Shown piece by piece: positions 1 to 10,912 of a stretch of 33,655 nt of DNA. The stretch's first letter is position 1. Each line of letters starts with the position of its first letter. A program made the translations under genes and the position numbers. This DNA is from Hyphochytrium catenoides (Eukaryota > Protista > Hyphochytriomycota): contig FLMG01001828.1 in assembly GCA_900088475.1 (NCBI GenBank), positions 1-33,655 of the forward strand, written 5' to 3'. The notes below the pieces were generated by a model. That model searched no databases and was not told the DNA's origin. It was given only the letters and a program-made list of their open reading frames with translations.

Positions 1-136
1 AATCACAGGGCTACCTGTAGGAGCAGTTCTCTGTATCGCATTCTTCTTACCCGCTCAATACCCACCCCCAAATATCACACTGGGCAAGTTTAGTTATTCC
101 ATAGTAGTTATCATGCTCCAACCCAACGAAAAGTCA

Positions 137-3100
137 CACTCTCATCAAGCTTTCGAGGCTCATCAACAAAGGTCACCGGTCCCTTTAGAACCACTGTAGT
201 CGTAGGAACTCAAAGATGGTCAGATTGGTGGGAGCTGCGACGGACAAGGGCTGTTAGGAAAGTCTGAAACATTATTCTTCTCAACCAACAAGCCTCAATC
301 CAAATGTAGGATAGCAGATAGAAACTAATCGTAGAACTCGGAGATAGCAAGGGTGAAATGAGAGGAATCACGCGCAGTACTCAGGCTTCCCACGCTACTA
401 CTGTATCCTCCTAGTAGCAAGGGATGTTGTCTGCTGCGGGAGTGCGCTCACTATACCACTGGAAGGAGAAGATCATACGAGCTTGAAGTTGACTGCTCAT
501 CCTTTGATGGAGTAGCAGGGCAAGGGCTTGCAGACATTCATCAGGGGATGCCTCTAGCCTGCGTCGCTTGCTGCTCTGCGTTGCAAACCCAGATCCTGCG
601 GTTGTCTGGGTGCCTTGGTCTCGGCTTGGCCTTTGGCGGAAACTCTGTATAAGAGTCGGATCCTTGTCTGCTGCAGCGGTCCGCTCACTTTGACTGTTAT
701 CCTGTTGGTTGGGGAAAAGACATGCCCGTGCAAGTTTACGATAGGATGTGAGGCACAAAGGGTAGTACGAGATTTGACGAAGATGCTGCTCGCCAGCCAA
801 CCTCTGCAAGTTCAGCATCTGGAAAAGACTTTCTCACAGCCGAGCGCATACTTTCAGTCTCTGTATGGTAACAGAGAAGGTTTGCTCAAGAGCTACATAC
901 TTTACGCAGCACGAATGACTCCGTAGATCATTTACCTCGTATAATATCTGTAGTAACAGGAGAGAGAATTAGTAGGAAGCCGAGGTTCTTGACTAAGGCG
1001 CAACTTTATCTTCATTTCGTCAGGTAGCGCACGAAGTATTCGACTCACTAGTCAGAAGCTTGTCGTCGTTGAGACTTCCTGACGAGGATCCAGGAGAAAA
1101 CTGGTCCTCTCGTGAGTCTAATCGTCCATAGAGCTCATGCAAATGATCCCTAGGTTAGGTTGAAAGCGATGGTTAGAGTGTGGCTCTCAAAATTTGCTCC
1201 CAATGAAATGAATTACTGCAGCTCCTTGAGACAATCATGTGGCTTCAAGGCACACAGCAGGCTTTTATACGCAGCCAAAGAGGCCTCGGATAGCTGTGGT
1301 AATCGACGGGGTTGAGTTATTCTTAGACAGCAAGGTGAGACATGGAGGCATGGGCAACAGAGAGTATAAGAAGAGCAGCGGCCGAAGCCGCTGGTGTGCC
1401 GCCTGACCTTCTCGCACTGTATTCTAGTCCTGAGCATGCGTAGCATGATCTTGCAGTTTGCGTGGTGGAGGTTAGATTCTATTCAGCAGAAGTCTCGCAG
1501 CCTGCCCGACTTACCAATACAGCTTTTCGTGCATCAACATTTCTTTCTGTTGAGACCTTACGGTCCTCGCTTGGCTGCTCTATTATACTCTTCCCCAAGC
1601 TTAGATATACAGAACGCTCCACCGCTACCAAGGAGGCTGGCAGTGTCCCGCTTCCCTCCCTTCTTTTGATGGTTGAAGGAGTAAGAGACCGGGAAGAATG
1701 GGGTGGTAGTAGAGTCTGTTCCTAGGAGGATTTTGTGGTGAGGGCCAGCATCAAAGGAATGAAGGAAGAAAGCTACATTCACCTTCTCGCCTCCTGTGGT
1801 AGACCACCCATCTATCTGTTCTGCTGCCTCGTCAGTCGCATGCTCACTCTTGGGAGTGGGACTGCCTTCTCTTGGTAGAGGACGCCCCAGCAACCCGGTA
1901 TTCAGCTCTCGACCATGTTCATCCACCTGCACACCGTCTCTGAAGAACCGTATCGTGTGCCCTTTAGAAGAAGACAAAGTAAGGAAAGAATGATAAATAT
2001 GTTCGTCGAACAAGACCTGGCCAATGTTCTTACCTATTTTCTGAGGTGCAGAGCTCCCATGTATAACCTGAAAGTCGAGGGAATTCTCCTCGGAACCACT
2101 CAAGGATTCCTTGCTGTACAAGCTTCTCCTTGGTGCCGTTGAATTGGAGAAGTAACGAATGCTCTGACCGCTTTCTCCAACAATTCGATGGGGTTGTTGA
2201 CTTCTTCTGCTATTCCACCCCTTCGCATTGGACTTCTCCGCGTATATTCTCGGTGGTGACAGGCTTACATCGGGCTTGCCAGCGAACGCTTCCAACCCTA
2301 ACACATATGCTGCTCACGAAGCAAATGTTGACATTGTTATTGAATAAAGTTGCAATATCCGTTGGTCGCAGGGATAGGGTCGCACCATAAATTAGGATAT
2401 AATAACAATCCCAGATACAGCGAGCCGTTCATGAAGAAGGTAGAGTACAAGGGCATGTGTCAGCCACTGCACCGTCGCGTACTGTCCGATACAAAGCAAA
2501 TAACCTCGTTCTTTTCCCTCACTCCTAGACTGCCACACACTACCGCCCTGCTTCTAGCTGCTTTTCGCTCAAAGATAGTTTAGTTTTATGAGTAAATAAA
2601 GTGAAAGGAGGGCATCATGACACTGTAAGTAGTCCAAGGAAGGAGGAGACCCACCTCTGTCAGGGCCACTACTCGAGAAGGGTTCTCTAGTACCGCTATG
2701 GCAACTTGAATCTTTGATATCATTGGCCACCGTCGTCGTGAAGAGTGAGCGAGCCGTCTGATGAGGCTCCACGTTCACGCTGGTCTTCTTCGCCTCTGGC
2801 TGGAGAGGTGGGCCGAGAAAGCACCCGGTTTTCTCAGCAATGCAACCAGCGCCTACCCCCTAAGGGCCGTGCAGCATGAGAAAAGAGTGACCTAACCTCT
2901 AGTGGCATCCAAGGATCCAGACGCTGAAGACCTCCAAGCTGCCCTGCGGTTCTCCTTTGGTAGGCTTTCGGCACCAGTGGTGGGATGATCTCTTGGGGTC
3001 CCTCATTGTAAGTCTCCTCATCACGTTTTTTCGAGGTGTTGGAACTCCACCAAGCTCTCTGTCCGATGGCAGATGATGGCGGCTTTGACTGTTGAAGGTA

Positions 3101-3500
3101 CTGGACATCTGCCGCAGAAGAGGTAAGCCAAAACCGTAGCAAAAAGTAGGTCCGATACGCGCTCGCGCCATCAGTCACTAACCCAAGCTAAGAGCAAGTT
3201 TCACAGGCTTCCCTCACCTAGAGAGTCATCATTACTTATGCTTGGCGGTGCTTGTGATGTTGTAGAGCTCTCCGGGATTGGGCATGCTGAGTTGCATGAA
3301 CTGGGATGGTCATTTTCTCTCCTTTCCACCTGAGGCCTGTGACCTATCTGCGCATGGATAGAATGGCTCAAGGCGGCAGAGTCGACACTGATCATTCTGG
3401 ACGCCCTAAGATCCCTTGCTGCTGCCACCTTTATCTTCTTTGACTGATACCGCTTCGCGCCAGCGATGCTGCGTCGTTTAGAAGAAGTCATCCAATTCAT
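137..3500 (-). CDS. Hypothetical multi-exon protein, Ser/Pro/Arg-rich and probably largely disordered; exon structure only partly resolved, may continue past position 1
   Basis: Chain of minus-strand open segments bounded by AG acceptors and GT donors, several joining in phase: DVQYLQQSKPP...LDPWMPLE (~3108-2897), PEAKKTSVNVE...SSSGPDR (~2799-2655), the 1558..2304 ORF pieces, RITQPRRLPQ...CLKELQ joined to DHLHELYGRLDSREDQFSPG...DDKLLT (~1322-1049), DNSQSERTAAADK...QLQAR (~701-478). No family recognised; start and end uncertain. Confidence 0.5.
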
Positions 3501-3809
3501 TTCCCCAAGAAGTTCGTTGCCCGGAACGTTCCAACAGATTGCTCCAAGAAGAGGCAGACCACCTAAGATCAAGGCTGAAAAATAAACTATGGGCAGACCA
3601 CCTATCGGTTTGCAGCCTAGCCACAATAGATTTTCTAGATATCCTGTAAGCGCTTTTACGAAACTGAGTCTAAAGCCATTTCCGGAGCAGCGTAATTGAC
3701 GTTGAGGCTGAACTCACTTCCGCGTAATTCGCTTGGTAAGAATTCCCTTCATAAACTGCGTAAGGTTCAGCGTAAATGCGGAGGAAAATCCGAATTTGAT
3801 TTATGGGCT

Positions 3810-5063
3810 TTAACGAAGCTTTCTGTTCTCCATCTTCTTGAATCTTTGAACTGCCAGATTATCGGACGCCATTCCAGAGCCTCGATGACGGCCCTCAGAT
3901 CGATTTTCAGCCCGTTCTGCAGTTCGAGCGTCTTTGACATCTGCAGACTTCGGCTCATGTTGGGCCTCCTTTTGCCTGATAGCTTGAGCCATCTCACGTC
4001 TGCAATATAAGAAGCTTTATATGAGGCGATCATAATGTCATTTCAACATATCGCTGTTGGCTGATTACCTGTGAAGGTTATAGTTCGCCGTGAGATTTCC
4101 AGGAACGGGTTTAGACCTTTTGTGAGGCTCTTCAGACAATTTTTTCTGAGCCAGTGCCGTTTCTTCAATGTTCCGAAGCTTGAACTCCACAGGGAGTTCA
4201 ACCTCTGCTATACCCGTGTTCCAAGCCATTGGACCTCCAGACAACGGCTCCTCTGCCCCATCCCGCTTCCCTCCCTAGGATCCACAGCTATTTTAGAACC
4301 TACACATGACAAGTACCGACAGACTCCTGGGGTAAGGAACATACATCTATCCCGAACTCATAAAGATCAGCCTCCGCCGAGGTCTTATCAGAAGGCTGTT
4401 CAGTGTTAGACGCAACCAGCTTCTTCTCCGCGAGCTTCTTGTCAATATAAGAATTCCTGGAAAGAAAAGAGGGACACTTGAGCTAGACCGCTGTTTTATC
4501 GGGGAAGTAGAGCTTGAGGGTCACGAACATCAGTTTCTCGTGGGGATCGGCATTAGCTCCTCTGTCCGTCTGACCGGTAAACTGTCCATCCAGAAGAATT
4601 GCTACCCTTGTCCTGCTTGGATCCTAACGATTGTGGCTGTAAGCAAGGACGCCTCTGACAGCTAGCCATTTCCAATCTCTACTACGGCCAAACTCTTACC
4701 CACCTTGAGATCCTCTTCTTCACTATTATCCTGGACTACTGTGCGACTGGTAACAGCTTTCGCAGCAACAAGGCCCTTCTTTTTGAGTCGGGCCTTCGTA
4801 GAGCCGACGTCAATTGGAATCAGAAACTTCATGCACAGGCAGCGAAACCAAAGGTAATCTACCTTTTGCTCTTCCCTAAGCTCTCGTAGAAGGTCCAGCC
4901 CATTTGCTATACCGTCTGCTTTTACGTCTACAGATTTGGTTATCAGCAGATATATGTATCACCCACTGTGGAGATAGGAGTTGAAGTCACCTTGATGCCG
5001 TACTTCTTCGTCTGATGAGCTTGCCGTGCGTGGTCTCTTCCTAAATTTCCGTGTTTTCTCCAT
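3810..5063 (-). CDS. C9orf78: C9orf78 / TLS1 / HCA59-family splicing-associated protein, 7 exons (5063-4991, 4927-4863, 4793-4704, 4623-4529, 4456-4345, 4274-4069, 3999-3810)
   Basis: Spliced product MEKTRKFRKRPRTASSSDEE...LLRELREEQKARLKKKGL...DPHEKLMNSYIDKKLAEK...DLYEF...AWNTGIAEVELPVEFKLRNIEETALAQKKL...ASDNLAVQRFKKMENRKLR*. It matches family motifs as I recall them (MxxYIE/D, GIxEVxLxxxxKxxNIxxT, C-terminal A[TS]DxxxxxxFKK). All junctions are GT-AG and in phase. Confidence 0.9.
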
Positions 5064-5735
5064 CTCTCTTACCGCCTTTTCTTCACTTTGGCGCCTGCAG
5101 CTTGTAGAAGGAAGAGCCTTTGCTGGTTATAGCTGCGGAAAGGGCGATGTGAAGATGTGAAGATATGCTGGAGCTTATGCTTGGGTGAGGGAGGGCGACG
5201 ACCAAGTTCTACTTTCATTTCACTAGAAATCCAAGGCCGATGTGGAGCTGCTCTCCTCTCATTCATTTTCTCATGATCTCAGTTGTACTTGTAGTGTTTG
5301 GGCTTCCCTTAGGTACCGCTAACGTAGGAGTTCGGCGCGACGTTTGAAGAACGGGAGGTTTTCGTTTTTGCGTGACTCGACCAGCTACTTGAGAGCTCAA
5401 GAGCTACGGAGACTCCACATCATCCGATTCTTGAGTTCTGAGTTCTGAGGCTTCCAGTGGGCTGGCCTTGGGTAAGACGTGACCATGGCCTTGTGGTGAT
5501 ACGCCACTTCCTTCATTGTGCTTGACGCCGACCGCAGAGTCCCAGAATCGTGTCGAGAAGCTATATGCGAACACATTAGGGATAGAAAGTCGATCAGTTG
5601 TGAAGGAGTGGATCAAAGCGGTTATCACTTCGATATACGCGCAGTAAGCGTCCTGCCTGGCAATTTTCATAGCTGGTACAATGGCGCTTTGGAAGCACAT
5701 GGTACTGCGTTGAGCTTCAGGACCCCTAACGCATA
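5064..5735. promoter_or_regulatory. Probable bidirectional promoter / 5' UTR region between head-to-head C9orf78 and TMEM231
   Basis: 672 nt between the two divergent start codons; no convincing gene inside. Inferred from geometry only. Confidence 0.5.
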
Positions 5736-7249
5736 ATGGCCTCCGAGGTAGGTAACATTGTCGTCAACAAAAGGCCCTATTCGGCGGTTATGGACTCACA
5801 TCTTCACCGCCATGAGCAGGTACATAGTACAATCCTGCGACGGAGATACTGGGCTCCTGCGGGGTCACCGCCTTGGTGCTGCTCAGCACTGTCAATAGCG
5901 ATTACGGTCATCCTTCCGCTTCTTCTAGCCTACTCTAGTCAAGGTACAGCTATTCCCACACACTTGTATACACAAAAGCTGAGGTCATGCTGCCTCTAGG
6001 ACTATGGAAGACCCAGGACATTTACTATGAGCAACCCTTTCTGGATTATCAGTACAAGACCATTCTGCTGGCGGAAGGCCAACAGCAGTCCGAGCAAGGG
6101 CTTGTCCCCTTCAGTTGCATCTTTACCAATATTAGGTCCTTGGCCGCTCTCGAAGAGGCCAGAGTCGGCACCTTAAGCGTAAGTCTTTCCTGTGGATAAG
6201 GCAGAGACGCTCGCCTTACCAATCTAACTAATCTGCCCTTCTTAAGACTTTTTCGCTAGATACCAACAAAGACTCCAAGCCAGATCTCTTCTCCATGGAG
6301 GTTCGCGTGCCTTTGTCTTCAGGGGAGACAGTTCAGAAAGTGACATTGCTCACAGCTTTCGAATTTGTTCTAACTGTAAGTGAAGAAGCGTTAGTGCTCC
6401 TAGCTGCAACCAGCCACTGACAAATCTTGGGCCTCGCTATCATAGGGGGAGGTACAGTTTGCCATGGATTCAATTGCCTTATACTCAGGAGAGAGTGGAC
6501 TACCTTCTGCTGCTCTCAACGTGATTGCGGACGTAGGCTTCAAGCAAAGAACGCCGCTGGCTTACGAGGGGTAAGACCATTGCGCTGTGTCATTTTCCAT
6601 TGTTGAGTTTGACAACCTATTGTAAGGCAAGTGAGTCCCTATGCCGGGCAGCCATTGATAGATACTGATAATGTGAAGAAGCCCTTGAAGCTCTTAGACA
6701 TTGTTGCCCGAAGTCAATCAAGGAGAGGTGAGCGCTGAAAGAAAGTCCTCTGGCTGCCTTTCGTGTTCATCGCTGCTTATACCGCCCTTTCGTAGAGAGC
6801 CTAGAGCTGGGAAACACCAAGCCCTTCTGGGTAGCAGCTCCAGACATTCCTATCCGGCACTTCACATTCAACATGACCCTTCATGTCCCAGAGCTAGAGA
6901 TCAGGTGAACGCACTTTTCATGTCAAGTCCTCAACGCCAAGACTTGTGATATCAGCGTCCTACTGACACGGATTACCTCATGGCAATGTAGATACAAGCC
7001 TTCTATGTCTCACATGTTCAAGAATGCGTGGATTCAATACCTAGCTCTGCTAGTAGTGGTTGCGGTACCGATGCACTACATAATGGCGTATGTCTTTGAG
7101 CAACGGGTAACCTTATCTCATACATGTAACTCTGTTGTGACAGCTAGTGGAATGACATCCTCCTTTCATAAACCTTTTTGTGACAGGTCTTGGCAACTTA
7201 TAGCACCATTGACGTTCGCAATCCTGGAAGGAAGGAGCACACATTCTGA
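5736..7249 (+). CDS. TMEM231: Transmembrane protein 231, ciliary transition-zone MKS module component, 9 exons (5736-5747, 5820-5943, 6000-6178, 6247-6375, 6446-6570, 6627-6728, 6796-6904, 6991-7106, 7187-7249)
   Basis: Spliced product MASEVHSTILRRRYWAP...VILPLLLAYSSQGLWKTQDIYYEQP...DTNKDSKPD...FKQRTPL...IRYKPSMSHMFKNAWIQYLALLVVV...YVFEQRVL...KEHTF*. Matches recalled TMEM231 motifs (PLLxAxxSxGxW...YEQP, DxNxDxKxD, Y.P...M.KxAWxQY, VFxxxV) and has two hydrophobic segments near the termini. Confidence 0.92.
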
Positions 7250-7879
7250 CGTGTCTCAACTCTGCCGCTATTCAGTTGTCTCCATAGAGTTATGGACACA
7301 GTGCACCTTTCACAGCAAATACAATGCTCTTCAGCTATGCGGACACTTCTTTGTGTGCACTGTACCTCCCAAAGCTGCTGATAAGAAACTCTTGTTTGTG
7401 CATTGATCTACTTCTAGGATCCTGCTCAAGAGCGAGATGCGACAACATGTAGAGACGATCACGTCTTTGTTGTAACAAATAATAGGGAATATTGTTCGAC
7501 TCTAGCCTGCCTACAGTCTCTAATCAGACTTTTCTTGCCGCTGCTCTTGTTGATGACTGAATGCTCATTTTCTCGCAAGAGAGCAAGGGAAACAATTGCA
7601 GTTCTCACCAATACTGAGAAGGCTTTGTCGGTGTGATCCGTGCTGCATAGCACTCCTGAGAGTACTTTCTTATAGCCTTTGTTCTCCGATAGCTATATGG
7701 ATGAAAAAGCACCTGCGACAAGACTGAAACTAATCCTGTCTTGAAGTCCGCCCCTTGGTCACCACTTGCCCTGTCTATAACAAGGAGGCAGGAGTAGTGG
7801 GATTGGTTCATCACTAACTAGGAGGCTACTACTAGGCTCTTGGGTGCGTCGGGGCTCAGCTGGTGATCCGTATCTCTCT

Positions 7880-8693
7880 TCTTTCCACTATATCTCTCAT
7901 CTCTCTTCGTCCTTTAAGCGTCCAACTAGTGGAAGAGGGTCTCTAGGAATAATATACTACTGATGACAACTGGTGCTCACACGTCACGACCATGCTTGAG
8001 CCAGCTATGCCAAGAAGCCCAAGACCACAGGACAAAGGGATTCAGCTCCGAAGGACGACGACGGAGCATTGACTGCAGGCTAAGTATAGGCCTTGATCTC
8101 TTTCTTCATATCTGAGGATGTTAAGTTGAGCCTATGAATTGTCGTCTGCCAGCTGTCGGCAAGATGAAAGTAAACTCCGTACTGTCTAAACCCATTAGGT
8201 AAAAGGCACCCTACGGCCGTTGTTCCAACCTTTAGAGTGTACGGGAACCCTCTCACTCTCCACTCCTCAAGGACCTAGAAAGAAGCTTTACCCCTGGGCT
8301 TGATTGAACCTCTGGAGGTTTTGCACCCGCGAGAGACATGAGTTGTCCAGTTTGCTCCTCGGTCATCTTTACACATAAGCCCTCCCTCCCTCCCTGTTCA
8401 TGTCCATTTCTGCAGGTACTGCTTGCGCCTTATCTACCTTAAAAAGAACGAGCTTCCAGTCATCGCCAGCATGCCTCTTTAATCCTGACAAAAGATTGCA
8501 AAGTTTGCGGCGAGTCACACCAGCGATCGGTGAGGGCGACGCAACTTCGCTGGTGGAGGATAGGAGGAGTGAATCTATGGCGAGACAAGCAGGAAGATGC
8601 ATCATCAATCACCAATCCATCATCCAAAGATATGCAATCCTTCTGGTCGTTATTCGTGCTCTGTTGACCACTGACTGTAGATGCCAATGACAT
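7880..8693 (-). CDS. Possible small multi-exon hypothetical gene; reading frame not fully reconstructed
   Basis: Minus-strand open segments with splice-like ends (e.g. EVASPSPIAGVTRRKLCNLLSGLKRHAGDDWKLVLFK then GTAGAT, followed by MTEEQTGQLMSLAGAKPPE). They lie just downstream of a long (CT)n tract on the minus strand. Downstream phases could not be joined unambiguously. Confidence 0.3.
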
Positions 8694-9031
8694 AAGTTCT
8701 ACCTAGTAGTTCTTGAGGCTTACAAGGAAGAAACCTATCATACAATAGTACGAGTAGGAAGGGAAAAAAAGGAGAGAGATCAGAGTAAGAGTCATCGAGA
8801 AATATCCACTGAATGCGGTTTCCCTTAATGAGAAAGAGACAGAGTATGACGAGAGATGCGGAAAGGGGCTCTTATTGTATTCCTAGGCTTCTCTCCCTTT
8901 CGTGTCGCTCTGTCTCTTGTAATTTATTGGTTGGAGTGGCTGCGACGACCAGGAAACGACAGAGGTAGGAGAAAGAAGAAACAGAAAGAGATCGGGCAAG
9001 AAGAGCAGACGGAGAGAAGACTGCAAGACAG

Positions 9032-9041
9032 CGAGCGAGCG

Positions 9042-9084
<43 letters not shown>

Positions 9085-9105
9085 GAGAGAGAACGAGAGA
9101 GAGAA

Positions 9106-9137
<32 letters not shown>

Positions 9138-9173
9138 GGAGAAAGAGAGAGAGGGAGAGAGAGAGAGAAAGAG
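9032..9173 (+). repeat. Imperfect (GA)n microsatellite / polypurine tract, ~140 nt
   Basis: Directly visible: gagcgagcgagcgagagagagagaga...gagagagagaaagag. Confidence 0.97.
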
Positions 9174-10347
9174 ACGGTGACCTCTCTCCCGACAGTGAGC
9201 CGCCAGTGTAAAGCTGGGGCTTTGCACGGAGATCGGCGTACTATTACACGGCTACCACTTTCAGAACCATCTGATACCGTTGATACGGAGAGCTAGCTTT
9301 AGTTCGGTCTGCCACTTTGAGCCATATTACTACTGCCTCCGGCCAATGAGAATCTCAGAACATATCACATCCTTTCAGAATACGGGTAGTAAAATTGGCC
9401 TTTATTCGGACAAGCTTTCCATATCAGGCTATTATCAGGGATAATTAGGACTTCAGGAACGGCCAAAGATAGATAGCTCGTTGATCAGAAAATGGACAGA
9501 GCATGACTGTAGGAAACAAGGGCAATTGTGGTGACAAGTAGAGATGGAGGAACGAGCATCCATCATAAAAGACTCTGCACAGAAGACCAAAGGAAAGCCA
9601 ACAAAACCTGAACAAAAATTGGACCAGCGCCATTCGGAATAAAGACTTTTGTTATTACATGATAAAGAGGCAAAGACTTTCATTATTCTGAATCAAACAC
9701 AACCAGAAGATGGTCCTACCCGCCTTCTTGTGTACCCCTTCGATTTCCGTATGTACATGCCAACCCGCCCAGGCCCTACACTTCAGCATTGTAGGTTGTA
9801 GGTAATAAGTTGTCGCACGAGACTGTACCGGAACCCGGAGAAATGGCGGAACACAAAGGCCGCCCACCCATCCCCTGTGTTACCAAGGAAAGGCCGAACT
9901 TTTCCTAAGCCGCAGCATACCTAAACCTCAACCCCCAGCAATCTAGAGTGGTAATTGTTATACCTGTTATTTATCCGCTCTCTCCTCGCTTACCATTCAA
10001 TATTAATTACGCCTTCCTGAACGTCAACCACAGAACCAAAATGATCCCCTCCCAAAGCCAGAACCTACTATACCCTTATTGCTACTTCGCCCCTCTGATT
10101 GGCTTATAATCTCAAATTGTGCACTATAAACCAATCTAGTCCAGACTAAGATTGACCCATAAAACCCATCAAGCTAAGTAAAGCAAGCAAAGCTACAATC
10201 TCTGAGAATATGAGCTACCCTACAAGCCCAGGTTATCCATAACCTGAACATGTTCCCATCCCCTGTGCTGTGGGTGGAAGGCGCAAGTTTGGGGTCGCGT
10301 TGACGCACAAGCTGATCTGACTTTCCGCTTCTGGCGCCAGGAACGAC

Positions 10348-10350
<3 letters not shown>

Positions 10351-10408
<58 letters not shown>

Positions 10409-10552
10409 TTCTCACACTCACACATAAAAACACACGCGTATACACATAATCCTCAACTATCTTCGTCCTCGTCCTCTCTCTTTCTCTCTCTTTCCTCTCT
10501 CTCTTTCCCTCTCACTCTTTTTCTCTCCATCACTCCTCTCTCTCTCTCTCTG
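10351..10552 (+). repeat. (CT)n microsatellite plus short (CA)-rich stretch and a second imperfect CT-rich tract upstream of the glucan synthase
   Basis: Directly visible: near-perfect (CT)n 10351-10412, cacactcacaca, then CT-rich 10473-10551. Confidence 0.96.
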
Positions 10553-10912
10553 TCGCTTTGTCCGCCCTTATACTTTTTTCCTCTCCACTTTCTTGTTTAT
10601 GTCCAGCCTTTTTTGCTCCCTGCTCAGAGCCAGACCAGAACCCTTTGAAGCTGCCTGCACAGCTTCGTGGGAAAGTGGCTCAACGGCAGGCTTTCAGTCT
10701 TTGCGCTTCACATGCGGAACCCGCAGATAAACACATTCTGAAGCTCTATTGAAGCTTCGAAGGCGCTGAGTTCACTGCCTGGGGAGCGGGCATCTTTTCC
10801 TCATTTATCAAATTGGGTGTGAAGACTCTGTGCATGATCTAGGAGGGCTTTATTAGGGCTGAAGCTTGAGCCGCAGAGTTCCTGGCTTTTTGCTAGGACT
10901 TGCACAGGCATC

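Noticed and set aside
5069-5266. 65-aa ORF as exon 1 of C9orf78
   Set aside because: It would need a 32-nt intron; the in-frame ATG at 5063 already gives the typical MxxxRKFRKR N-terminus.
8856-9296. 146-aa ERERER ORF and the antisense SLSLSL ORF
   Set aside because: Both are translations of the (GA)n microsatellite; no splice or homology support.
9032-10412. GA and CT tracts as terminal inverted repeats of a transposon or MITE
   Set aside because: Complementarity is limited to simple dinucleotide sequence; no target-site duplication or transposase remnant seen.
10174-10445. Minus-strand REREREKE ORFs
   Set aside because: Translations of the (CT)n tract.
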